NCBI GenBank assembly: GCA_965228975.1 | Contig: OZ245851.1 | Span: forward strand, 53,940-117,939 | DNA length: 64,000 nucleotides | From: Alphaproteobacteria bacterium | GTDB taxonomy: Bacteria; Pseudomonadota; Alphaproteobacteria; UBA8366 | Reading direction: 5' to 3' | Shown: piece by piece, positions 1 through 8,459 of the stretch | How positions within the stretch are numbered: position 1 is the first letter of the stretch | How the letters are laid out: the number at the start of each line of letters is the position of its first letter | Made by a program: the position numbers and the translations under genes | Notes under the pieces: model-generated | Seen by the model: only the letters and a program-made list of their open reading frames with translations | Told to the model about the DNA's origin: nothing | The model's database searches: none

Positions 1-1
1 C

Positions 2-115
2 GTCGGCCTGCAGATCATCGGACCGTATCTCGGCGACCGGACCTGCATCGAGTTCGCACGATTGATCGAGGACGAATTTGGCGGGTTCCGGCCGCCGCCG
101 GATTTTGAGGGCTAA
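2..115 (+). CDS. 3' end of an amidase-family gene (5' part lies outside the window)
   Basis: Frame 2 is open from the window edge to TAA at 113-115 and reads VGLQIIGPYLGDRTCIEFARLIEDEFGGFRPPPDFEG. A GLQ(I/L)(I/V)GP C-terminal pattern is typical of amidase-signature enzymes. It is absent from the ORF track because it has no start codon in the window. Confidence 0.45.
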   Translation, partial: VGLQIIGPYLGDRTCIEFARLIEDEFGGFRPPPDFEG

Positions 116-237
116 ACATCCTGCCCGTCGGTGCATATCGCGGGTTGGAATTTTTTCCTGCTCTGGTAGTGTCGCTGGAAATCACAGAAGGTTCGGGAGA
201 TTGACCCTCCGTCTCGTATTTCAGATTGGAGGATTGA

Positions 238-792
238 ATGAAAAGAACCACGTATTTCACGATCGGCTGTATTTGCAGCCTCGCCATGGCGGGAATTGTC
301 TTGTTGGACGCCATCCCCGCAAACGCCGTGAGCGCCGTACAGGGCGTCGAGACCTATAAGAATATCGAGGTCAAGTTCACCAAGAATGCGCGGAAATGCG
401 ATTTCCAGAGCCTTGGGCCGTTCGAACGTTATCTCACGAACAGCCTGAGGAAGGTCGGGCTGCGCAAGACACGGAGCAGCATCGTGACGGTATCGCTCGA
501 GATCGGCGGCATTCCCTTCGGCGCATTCGATACGCAGTGTGCGGTGGAGGCCAACCTTCATTTCCGGACGATGTTGCGGTCGGATAACATCGTGACCGAC
601 AGCCTCGCGGTTCGGGAGACCGTCAACCGCCTGCAGGTCTTCCCGATATCGCTGTATTCGGTCGGCGCGTTCGGTGTCGATACAACGCTGTACACCTACG
701 CGGATGGGCGGAACATCACCAAAGCGGAGAAGAAGGTCTTGGATATGATCGACCGGCTCGTGATGCGGTTCGATAGGGCGCGCGGTAACTAG
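238..792 (+). CDS. hypothetical exported protein
   Basis: 184-aa ORF with GGAGG shortly upstream of the ATG. It has an N-terminal hydrophobic signal-like segment (FTIGCICSLAMAGIVLLDAIPANA). No family recognised. GC looks lower than in the neighbours. Confidence 0.6.
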   Translation: MKRTTYFTIGCICSLAMAGIVLLDAIPANAVSAVQGVETYKNIEVKFTKNARKCDFQSLGPFERYLTNSLRKVGLRKTRSSIVTVSLEIGGIPFGAFDTQCAVEANLHFRTMLRSDNIVTDSLAVRETVNRLQVFPISLYSVGAFGVDTTLYTYADGRNITKAEKKVLDMIDRLVMRFDRARGN

Positions 793-800
793 AGGATGGT

Positions 801-2627
801 TTAGCGACGCACTGAGTAGATCCGGAAGCCGCTCGTCGCTTCCCCGTCGGTCGGCACCGGCGTGAGCCAGTCCGGCGGATTGTCCGCCAGCAATCTGTTG
901 TAGAGCCGGCCGGGTTCGTCATCGTCGAGATAAAAGCGGCGTTCCGCGACCGATGGGCAGATCACGATGATACCGATGTCGCGGCGTTGCACGATCTCTT
1001 GGCTTTCCGCGTCGTCGGTGGCTGCGAGCAGCCTGTAGCTGTCCCAAATGCCGTCGCCGTTGCGGTGATAGGGCGCGCCGACCACCGAATGCGATGTGCG
1101 GTACAGGATTTCGGGACCGTGGTCGAGCAATCCGCCCACCACCGCCGGTTTTGCACCGAGGCCACTCCCGTCATTCAAGAGGTCTGCGATATTCGCGACC
1201 TCGCATTCCGGGTGTTTCTCGTCGATCGCCTTATCCGGTGTGACCGCCAGGACGAAGGTCCCGGACATCAGCGCGCCGAGGATGATGAAAAAAGTCGCGC
1301 CGCATTTGACGGCGAATTGCCGCGCTCCGGTCAGGACATGTTCGCTCCACTTCATCAAGCGGCCGACCATCTCGGCGAGCGCCCACACGCTGGCGATCTC
1401 GGTAAAGGGAGCGAAGCGCAGATGTTTCAGCGACAGGATGAAATAGACGCCTAGGACAAGTGTCAGAAATGCCCAGCGAAGCGATGCCGGATGGGTGCGC
1501 TCGCGCCACAGGATGAACCCTAAGAAGATGAGACAGGGCAGCCCGGCGCCGATGAAGAACAGGAAGCGGCCAAGTGACTTCATGTCCGTCGGCACCAGGG
1601 GCCTTAGCTCGGCGACCTGATCGTGCCAGATCGGCAGGATACGAGGGTCGACCGACGCGAACGGACCGGCGAAGAAATCCGGGAAGAAGAGTCCGAAGAC
1701 ACCGAGGCTGGCGATTCCCGCGAGTCCGGCGACCGACATGCGCGTCCGGAGCATTGTGTCCGCGCGGTTGTGGCCATTCTGGTAGAGCGCAAGCCAGAAT
1801 CCGGCCACGATGGCTGCAAGTGCTACATGCACGATCGAAAGCCGGTCATACTCAATATCGAACCAGCTGGTGACCGGTCGTTCGATGATCAAGGCTACGA
1901 GGACGGTCGCCAGAAATGTGCCGGCCACGATGAGCTGGTTTCGGGTGAACGCGCGGTCGCGCCACAACCAAACGGTTGCAAGTGTTGCCTGGCACAGCCC
2001 GACCAACAACAGCAGTTCGATGCTGACCCAGAGGGCAACGCCATAAATGGCACCGGCAGCGATCGCGGTCCGGACCGACTGCCGGTCGGCCAGAAGCCGC
2101 AATGTCGCGCCGATGCATAGGATGAATGCGACGAACTGCAGACTGTGATGATCGGCACGGCCGAGCATCGTGTAGCTGAGAACACCTGGTTGCAGCAGGA
2201 AGATTAATGCCGCCAGGATGGCGCGGTCGCGCCCGAGGACGGGCCGCGCGGCCCATGCCACCGCGATGCACGCGAAGAAGGCGACGATCGGCGACGTCAC
2301 CGCCCCGGCGAAGAACAGGGCTTGTGTATCGTCGGTAAACGGCGATGCCAATGCGGCGACCGTCAGGATGATCATGTCCATCGGGCGGGTCCAGTGCAGC
2401 GCGTCGCCGTAGGGTGCGTTGCTGCGTGCGATCAGCGACTCATGCCAACCGGTGCCGCCCAGCAGTTCCCCGATCCGCACCAGCCGCATGTAGCCGTCCG
2501 GTCCCAGCAGGTGGCCGTCGAAAACCGGCGCCGCCACGGTCTTTCCCAACATGGCATGCAGAGCCGCCCATAAGCCGAAAATGATCAGCCATGGTATAAG
2601 TGTCTTGGATTTGCCCAATGCGGCCAT
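801..2627 (-). CDS. polytopic membrane protein, GT-C-type glycosyltransferase candidate (STT3/PglB/ArnT-like)
   Basis: The ORF is open to 2678; I start it at ATG 2627 (MAALGKSKTLIPWLIIFGLW). There are many hydrophobic segments followed by a soluble C-terminus of about 130 aa. The first-loop motif GPDGYMRLVR...NAPYGDALHWTRP resembles the DGY/acidic loop of oligosaccharyltransferase-like GT-C enzymes. No WWDYG motif was seen. Confidence 0.7.
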   Translation of the reverse strand: MAALGKSKTLIPWLIIFGLWAALHAMLGKTVAAPVFDGHLLGPDGYMRLVRIGELLGGTGWHESLIARSNAPYGDALHWTRPMDMIILTVAALASPFTDDTQALFFAGAVTSPIVAFFACIAVAWAARPVLGRDRAILAALIFLLQPGVLSYTMLGRADHHSLQFVAFILCIGATLRLLADRQSVRTAIAAGAIYGVALWVSIELLLLVGLCQATLATVWLWRDRAFTRNQLIVAGTFLATVLVALIIERPVTSWFDIEYDRLSIVHVALAAIVAGFWLALYQNGHNRADTMLRTRMSVAGLAGIASLGVFGLFFPDFFAGPFASVDPRILPIWHDQVAELRPLVPTDMKSLGRFLFFIGAGLPCLIFLGFILWRERTHPASLRWAFLTLVLGVYFILSLKHLRFAPFTEIASVWALAEMVGRLMKWSEHVLTGARQFAVKCGATFFIILGALMSGTFVLAVTPDKAIDEKHPECEVANIADLLNDGSGLGAKPAVVGGLLDHGPEILYRTSHSVVGAPYHRNGDGIWDSYRLLAATDDAESQEIVQRRDIGIIVICPSVAERRFYLDDDEPGRLYNRLLADNPPDWLTPVPTDGEATSGFRIYSVRR

Positions 2628-2748
2628 GGGTGCGCGGTCCGTTGTGGATTGGGGCCCGCCGCAAGTCTTAATTAACAATGGTTACCAAAAGGTTGCCTGC
2701 GGCCCGACATAGAGTCCGCCGGCCCGCATAAAAGAAGGAGTGCGAAGA

Positions 2749-3801
2749 ATGCCGACAGTACCTGCCGACCGATTGGAGAAGATTGCCGCCACGCTGCTAA
2801 AGGGTGCGGGCGCCAGCGAGGAAGAGGCCTCGATTACCGCGCGGCATAGCATCGGGGCAAATTTGGCCGGTCACGATTCGCACGGGATCATCCAAATTCC
2901 GGTCTATATCGACCGGGTGAACAAGGAGCATATCGTTCCTGGGGCGCCCTTCGACATTATCCGGGAGAAGCCTACCACGACCGTGATCGACGGCAATTGG
3001 GGCTTCGGCTACGTGGTGTCCGAAAAGGCCATGGAAATCACCATCGACAAGGCCAAGAAGAACGGCGTCGCCGCGACCACGGTGTTCCGGCAAAGTCATG
3101 TCGGCCGTGTTGCCGATTATCCGATCATGGCGGCCAAGGAAGGTCTGATCGGCATGATGACCGCCGATTCGGGCCGCTCGCCGAAATCCGTCGTGCCGTT
3201 CGGCGGACGGGAACCCCGCCTCGGCACGAACCCGATCAGCATCGCCATGCCCTCGAACCTGGACGGCCCCTTCCATATCGACATGGCGACCTCGGCGGCG
3301 GCGGCCGGTAAGCTCAAGGTCGCGCAATCCCGCGGAACCGCGATCCCCGAGGGCTGGGTGCTCGACAAGGACGGCAACCCGTCGACCGATCCCTTCGCGT
3401 TGACCAAGGGCGGCGCGGTGCTGCCGCTCGGCGGACCGGAGGGACACAAGGGATATGGCCTTTCCGCGATGATCGAGGTGTTTTCCGGTATCCTGACCGG
3501 GCTCGGATTCGGGGTCGAACCCAGCGGTCGGCATAACGACGGCGTCTTCATGGCGGCGTTTGACGTCGATGCCTTCAAGAATTTGGAAGAATTCAAGCAA
3601 GAGGTCACGGAGTTCGCCGCCTATCTCAAGGATACGCCGAAGGCTGCGGGCTTCGACGAGATCTTCTATCCCGGCGAGTTGGAATATCTGCGGACCCAAA
3701 AGGGGTTGGCCGAGGGCATCACCGTCGAGGACGCGACCTGGGAGAAGCTGGTCGGGCTCGCCAAGGAATACGGCGTCGCCGATGAATTGGAGATGAGCTG
3801 A
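2749..3801 (+). CDS. Ldh_2 family dehydrogenase (malate/L-lactate/ureidoglycolate dehydrogenase family)
   Basis: The translation (AGHDSHGI...GTNPISIAMP...AAGK) fits the Ldh_2 family. AAGAAGGAG sits 8 nt upstream of ATG 2749, so the track start at 2740 is probably too early. Confidence 0.85.
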   Translation: MPTVPADRLEKIAATLLKGAGASEEEASITARHSIGANLAGHDSHGIIQIPVYIDRVNKEHIVPGAPFDIIREKPTTTVIDGNWGFGYVVSEKAMEITIDKAKKNGVAATTVFRQSHVGRVADYPIMAAKEGLIGMMTADSGRSPKSVVPFGGREPRLGTNPISIAMPSNLDGPFHIDMATSAAAAGKLKVAQSRGTAIPEGWVLDKDGNPSTDPFALTKGGAVLPLGGPEGHKGYGLSAMIEVFSGILTGLGFGVEPSGRHNDGVFMAAFDVDAFKNLEEFKQEVTEFAAYLKDTPKAAGFDEIFYPGELEYLRTQKGLAEGITVEDATWEKLVGLAKEYGVADELEMS

Positions 3802-3828
3802 CGCACCGAAGAAACGGGAGAGTTTCGT

Positions 3829-4164
3829 ATGGCGGAAAATGAGAGCCGGTATGTCTTCCGCGCGAGTGCCGCGCCGCTTACGGAGGCCGGTCCCACGCTG
3901 AAGATCAAGGAGGCGCACATGCTCGACGGCATGGTGCTGCGCTATCAGGAGCGCAGTTCCGGCGGTCCGCCGGACGACTCGTGGTGCGAGACTGGGCACA
4001 GCGCCTATATCCTGTCCGGGAGACTGCGCTACGAGTTCCCGGATCACACGGTCGAGATCGGCCCGGGGGACATGGTGCACATTCCCGCCGGATACGAACA
4101 CCGCCACCGTCCCAGCGCGATCGGTGACGAGCCGGTGCGGTATTTTATCACCGAGTTCGAGTGA
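3829..4164 (+). CDS. cupin domain protein
   Basis: 111 aa with the cupin motif region GDMVHIPAGYEHRH. GGGAGAG RBS before the ATG. Confidence 0.7.
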   Translation: MAENESRYVFRASAAPLTEAGPTLKIKEAHMLDGMVLRYQERSSGGPPDDSWCETGHSAYILSGRLRYEFPDHTVEIGPGDMVHIPAGYEHRHRPSAIGDEPVRYFITEFE

Positions 4165-4251
4165 GTTAGGCCGCGAGCCGCTACCCGGCGTTACAATTGA
4201 AACAAAGCCGGGCCGATTCTGACATCGGGCCGAAAAGCCGATCATCTAGAA

Positions 4252-4282
4252 CCCGGCGCTATGGAAACACCATGGCGCCGGG
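4252..4282 (+). terminator. stem-loop downstream of the cupin gene (possible terminator)
   Basis: CCCGGCGCTATGG-AAACA-CCATGGCGCCGGG forms a 13-bp stem with one mismatch. It is followed by ATTGTCTTGCC, which is only a weak T-tract. Confidence 0.4.
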
Positions 4283-4356
4283 ATTGTCTTGCCTCTTCCC
4301 GACGCCGCCATGGCGCATTGTCCTCGCAGTGATATTTGGGAACAGGAACTTTCACC

Positions 4357-5373
4357 ATGAAATCCGTCATTTTCGGCGCAACCGTCTTGATAACGGCCCT
4401 GGCGAGCGCCGCGGAAGCGCGCGACCATCTGCACATCGTCAGCTCGCCCGGCGACTTCGTCTACACGTCGAAGGTCGCGGAGAGTTTTTCCCGCGAGTAT
4501 CGCCAGCCTGTACCGGTCGTCCGGAGCACCGGATCGCGAACGACGGTTCGAACATTCTGCGCCGGTATCGGCGTCGACCATCCCGACATCGTCAGCCTGC
4601 CGCGGCCCATGCAGCCCGCGGAGATCGACGAATGCCAGCGGAACGGGGTCAAGCGCATCACGCAGATCAAGGTCGGCTACGAAGCCGTCGTCCTCGCCCG
4701 CCAGCGCGGTGCGTTTCGCTTCGATGTGAACAAGGTGCATCTCTTCAAGGCCCTCGCCAAGGAAGTGCCCGTCCATGGTCGCATCGTGCCGAACCCGTAT
4801 AGGAAATGGAGCGAAATCGATCCGTTCCTGCCGCCGATCCCCATTCGCGTCATCGGCCCGCGAGACGGGACGGAAATCCGCCGGGCGTTCCTGAAGCTGG
4901 TCATGGACGAGGCTTGCCGGACCATGCCGGCGTTGACGGCCCTCGATGCGCCGCGCCGCGACAGGATTTGCACCACCTTTCGCAACGACGGCGCGTTTCG
5001 GGCGGTGTCGCGCGGCTATCAGGAAACCGTGCGGCTATTGGAGCGCGACTCCTCGCGGATCGCGATCATGCCGTTTTCCGTGTATCGGGAATGGGATGAA
5101 TCGCTGACGACCGTGCAGGTCGACAGCGTCCCGCCCAACCCGGTGACGGTTGCACAGAGCGAATATCCGATCATTTGCCCGGTTTTCCTCTACGTGAAGA
5201 CGCAGCATTTCAATCGGGTGCCGGGATTGTTGGAATTCGTCGTGGAATATACCAGCGATCACGCTTGGGGCCCGGACGGGTACCTGATCGAGGACGGTCT
5301 GATCCCGATGACCGAGCGGGATCGCCGGTGGCAGCGCGCCAACGCGATCGGCTTCACGCCGATGCGGCGTTAG
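4357..5373 (+). CDS. PstS-like (PBP type 2) periplasmic substrate-binding protein, orphan
   Basis: Signal peptide MKSVIFGATVLITALASAAEA. The overall pattern matches phosphate-binding-protein-like SBPs. No cognate permease or ATPase is adjacent. Confidence 0.65.
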   Translation: MKSVIFGATVLITALASAAEARDHLHIVSSPGDFVYTSKVAESFSREYRQPVPVVRSTGSRTTVRTFCAGIGVDHPDIVSLPRPMQPAEIDECQRNGVKRITQIKVGYEAVVLARQRGAFRFDVNKVHLFKALAKEVPVHGRIVPNPYRKWSEIDPFLPPIPIRVIGPRDGTEIRRAFLKLVMDEACRTMPALTALDAPRRDRICTTFRNDGAFRAVSRGYQETVRLLERDSSRIAIMPFSVYREWDESLTTVQVDSVPPNPVTVAQSEYPIICPVFLYVKTQHFNRVPGLLEFVVEYTSDHAWGPDGYLIEDGLIPMTERDRRWQRANAIGFTPMRR

Positions 5374-5444
5374 GGCGCGATTGTCTTGCGGCAGAAACGA
5401 CAGAGCCGGAATCCCGGGACGTGCCTGGGAATTCCGACTCTCCG

Positions 5445-6584
5445 TTAAACCTCCTTTCGGTCGCGCGGCTTGATCCGCACGAGGTCGTCGAGCACGCCGT
5501 CCATGCCGTTGCCGACAATGACGTTCCCGACCTTTTCGGACACCTTCTCAAGCGCCTCCAACTCCTTCAGCCGCAGGAGGATCGGGTTGTCCTCCATCAG
5601 CTTCGCGGTGTTCAGGAGGGATCGCGTCGCCGCCGTCTCCTCCCGGCGCTTGATCACGTTCGCCTGCGCGGTCTTTTCCGCCTCGATGACGCGGTTCATC
5701 AGTTCCCGCACGTCGCCGGGCAGGACGATGTCCTTGACCCCGGTCGCGGTTACCACAAGACCGTTCGCCTCGAGCTGCGGCACCAACCGCTCGGCGATCG
5801 CCGCGTTGATCCCCTGCTTGTCGCCCAGCACCTCTTCGAGGGTCCGGGTTCCGACCACCTGACGCAGAGCGAATTGAAGCTCCTTGTACAGGTAGTCCCG
5901 CAGGTCGGCCGTGACGGTCACCGCCGCCATCGGGTCGGCGATGCGGTAGACCGCGGTCACGTTGGCGCGGACGCCGATGCGGTCCTTGGTCAGCACGTCC
6001 TGACCCGTGACCTCGAGGGTCTGCAGACGCAGGTCGAGGGTCACCGCATCGACACGCTTGGCCGCCCGGATGAAGGCGTAGCGCCCCGGCGTCATCTGCC
6101 GGTCGAGCACGCCGTCCACGTACAACAGGGCGACATGTCCGGTCGGCACGTCGACGACCTGGATCAGGTCGGCGGCGTTGAGCCGGGCCAGCGGCGCCAC
6201 GAGCGCCTGCGGCAGATCGATCTCCGCCTCGACGTCCAGGGACCGGATCTCGATCTCCTGCAGCGTCTTGGCGTAGAACGCCCGCTTCCCCGGGCCAACC
6301 ACGTCGACCAGCTTGCCGCCGGCGAACACGAGGCCGAGCGCGTTGTCGGCCATGTCGGCGACGGCGAAGTGCTCGTCCACGACCTCCGGCCGCGTCAGGT
6401 ACAACGCGTCCAGTGCCGCGTCGCGGACCGGCATCTGCCGCAGGTCCAGCTTGCGAACCTCCGTGCGGCCGGACATCTGCCGCATCCGGCGGTAGGTTCC
6501 GGGTCCCAGAACCTTCTGGAAGACCCGGTCGCGGTACAGGAGCCCCAGCTCCGTCTCCGCGATCATATCCGTACGAAAAACCAT
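5445..6584 (-). CDS. SPFH/band-7 (slipin-like) domain protein
   Basis: 379 aa. Band-7 core (VLTKDRIGVRANVTAVYRI...) followed by a coiled region (IEAEKTAQANVIKRREETAA). AAGGAG RBS before the ATG. Confidence 0.85.
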   Translation of the reverse strand: MVFRTDMIAETELGLLYRDRVFQKVLGPGTYRRMRQMSGRTEVRKLDLRQMPVRDAALDALYLTRPEVVDEHFAVADMADNALGLVFAGGKLVDVVGPGKRAFYAKTLQEIEIRSLDVEAEIDLPQALVAPLARLNAADLIQVVDVPTGHVALLYVDGVLDRQMTPGRYAFIRAAKRVDAVTLDLRLQTLEVTGQDVLTKDRIGVRANVTAVYRIADPMAAVTVTADLRDYLYKELQFALRQVVGTRTLEEVLGDKQGINAAIAERLVPQLEANGLVVTATGVKDIVLPGDVRELMNRVIEAEKTAQANVIKRREETAATRSLLNTAKLMEDNPILLRLKELEALEKVSEKVGNVIVGNGMDGVLDDLVRIKPRDRKEV

Positions 6585-6941
6585 CGGTCTTCTCCTTTAC
6601 TTCTTTCGCACTCGGTGGAACGGAAAAGTTCCTAATGAATGAATAATCGAGGCAACCGGACGGAAACCGGCGGTCGGCCGTGGACCGTACGATCGCGGGG
6701 CCGTCTTCCGGCGGCGCGCGGGCGGGGGTTCCGGCCAAACCTGAAACCCGATGGGTCTCAGGCCGGTCCGGCGTGCCCGCCCGCGGTCCGCAGGGATCGG
6801 GACGCGCGAGCAGCGCGGTTCGAGGCGGCGTCGTGCCTGGCCTCGGCGCGGCGGGACAAACGTCCCGCCGATCCGAAACCTGGCTTCCGTCCGGCACCCC
6901 AGAAATCAATTTGGCTATAGATTCTGCTTTAAAGGCAGTTT

Positions 6942-7014
6942 CTGGATGGGAGGAATCGAACCTCCGACAGCTGAATCCTAAGTTCAGTGCTCTATCCAAC
7001 TGAGCTACATCATG
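6942..7014 (-). tRNA. tRNA-like gene with a class-I body and anticodon UAG; acceptor stem imperfect, so possibly a pseudo-tRNA
   Basis: Hand fold: D arm GCTC-AGTTGGATA-GAGC. Anticodon arm CTGAA-CTTAGGA-TTCAG. 5-nt variable loop CTGTC. T arm GGAGG-TTCGATT-CCTCC. Acceptor CATGATG/CATCCAG has 2 mismatches, no CCA is encoded, and the 5' end overlaps the CCA of the upstream tRNA. Confidence 0.45.
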
Positions 7015-7087
7015 GAGCCGATGACGGGACTCGAACCCGCGTCCTGCGGATTATGATCCGCTGCTCTACCAGCTGAGCTACATCGGC
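7013..7087 (-). tRNA. tRNA-Met-like gene (anticodon CAU) with encoded CCA; the anticodon loop appears 1 nt short
   Basis: Hand fold: acceptor GCCGATG/CATCGGC. D arm GCTC-AGCTGGTA-GAGC. Anticodon arm GCGGA-TCATAA-TCCGC. Variable loop AGGAC. T arm GCGGG-TTCGAGT-CCCGT. Ends TCCA. Total 75 nt. Confidence 0.6.
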
Positions 7088-7491
7088 GGGCTATCCGTCG
7101 TCGCGACACACGCGGGGCGCATTACGGGCGCCGGGCGCGCCGGCCGGGCATATGGAACCCGGACCATAGGACGCGGATGATCCTGCTAAAGGACCTAACG
7201 AATAACGCCTGACAGCCTAAACTCTGGGTGCCGGCTTTCGCCTATGTGGAAAAGTTAATCATTTGTCTTGCCCTTTTCTGTGTTTGCGCGTCGAGGAGGG
7301 CAAGACGCGTCTGGCAACGGCGCGTCAGGCCCTTGATCGGCCTCGTAAATTTGGTCTGAGTTCGTTCACGGATGGACTGGCCATCATGACTTCCTTACCT
7401 GATCTTCGTTACCAAGACGTTGCCCGAAGGCGAATGGAGGGCGCTTTTACGGTGATCCACGGTTGTAGGCAACCCCAATTCGATAGAGCGG

Positions 7492-7533
7492 ATAAAAAAG
7501 AAAAAACCGGTCGCGGCGGGCGCCGGACCGGTT
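7492..7533 (-). terminator. rho-independent terminator of the crotonase gene (potentially bidirectional)
   Basis: Stem AACCGGTC...GACCGGTT with an inner CGGC/GCCG pairing. On the minus strand it is followed by TTTTTTCTTTTTTATC. It lies about 35 nt after the TAA at 7571-7573. Confidence 0.8.
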
Positions 7534-7570
7534 CGTTTCTTGCCGGAATTCGGCCTGCCGGGTCAGTTCA

Positions 7571-8344
7571 TTACCGGCCCTTGCGTTTGATGAAATCGGG
7601 GAAGGCGTCCTCGGCCTTGGCGCCCGGCAGGACGTGCTTGGCGTAGTCCTTCTCCAAGGTCCATTGGTCGATCAGGCTGCGGCCCTTCTGTTGCAGCAAC
7701 AGGGACTTCACGCCCATGACCGATTTGCGGTCGTTGCCGGCGATCTGTTTCGCCAATTCCATGGTCTTGTCGCGCAGCTCGGCGCTCGGCACCAGATGGT
7801 TCAGCAGGCCGATGCGGTAGGCTTCCTCGGCCTTGACCACGCGGGCGCTGAACAGCAGTTCCTTGGCCATCGGCCAGCCGACCTGGTTCGGCAGGGTCCA
7901 GGTGCTGTTGATTCGGCCGTAGGCGGCGGCCAGGAAGCGGAATTCGGTGCGCTCGCAGCCGATCCGCATGTCGACCGACGACGCCAGAACCGCGCCGCCG
8001 CCATAGGCGAGCCCGTTCATCATGCCGATGGTCGGCTTCAGACAGGCGCTGACCTCGTAGCCGCTGAGCGTGCGCACGGCCGCGCTGCGGTCGAGCTTGC
8101 CTTCGGCTTCCAGCCGGTCGTTCTCACGCTGCTCGTGGATGTCGCCGCCGGCGGTGAAGGCGCGCTCGCCGGAGCCGGTGATGACGATGCAGCCGACCTC
8201 GTCGTCCTCTTCCGCGCGCAGCACCGCCGTCTGCAGTTCGGCGGTGAGCTTGTTGTTCATCGCATTCAGGACTTTCGGGCGATTCAGCGTCACGATTGCC
8301 ACGCCGTCCTCTTTTTCCACCAGGATATGCTCGTAGTCGCTCAT
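7571..8344 (-). CDS. enoyl-CoA hydratase/isomerase (crotonase) family protein
   Basis: 257 aa with crotonase hallmarks: VAIVTLNRPKVLNAM, FTAGGDI, GLAYGGG. Confidence 0.9.
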   Translation of the reverse strand: MSDYEHILVEKEDGVAIVTLNRPKVLNAMNNKLTAELQTAVLRAEEDDEVGCIVITGSGERAFTAGGDIHEQRENDRLEAEGKLDRSAAVRTLSGYEVSACLKPTIGMMNGLAYGGGAVLASSVDMRIGCERTEFRFLAAAYGRINSTWTLPNQVGWPMAKELLFSARVVKAEEAYRIGLLNHLVPSAELRDKTMELAKQIAGNDRKSVMGVKSLLLQQKGRSLIDQWTLEKDYAKHVLPGAKAEDAFPDFIKRKGR

Positions 8345-8459
8345 CGGCGGCGCTTCCTTTCGTTCTGATCAGATGGCCCGGCAGGCGCGGGCGGTTTTTC
8401 CAATCTTACCGTAGAGGAGCGCAAGAGCGCGATTCGGTCACGGCGCGGTGTGCGGCGGG

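Noticed and set aside
2797-4245. 482-aa minus-strand ORF.
   Set aside because: It is antisense to the Ldh_2 and cupin genes and has no recognisable domain.
5175-6999. ORFs 5175-6635 (+, 486 aa) and 5548-6999 (-, 483 aa).
   Set aside because: The first is antisense to the SPFH gene. The second is out of frame with the SPFH gene and extends through the GC-rich non-coding block into the tRNA. Both are Arg/Pro/Gly-rich shadows.
7425-7468. Possible tmRNA tag-like reading frame (GCG AAT GGA ... TAG = ANGGRFYGDPRL*).
   Set aside because: There is no tRNA-like acceptor/T-arm module or ACCA end nearby. The peptide also lacks the hydrophobic ...LAA-type C-terminus of SsrA tags.
7263-7646. 127-aa plus-strand ORF in the tRNA-proximal gene-free region.
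   Set aside because: It has no RBS, reads through the strong terminator hairpin and continues antisense into the crotonase gene. The region is treated as non-coding or a possible sRNA instead.
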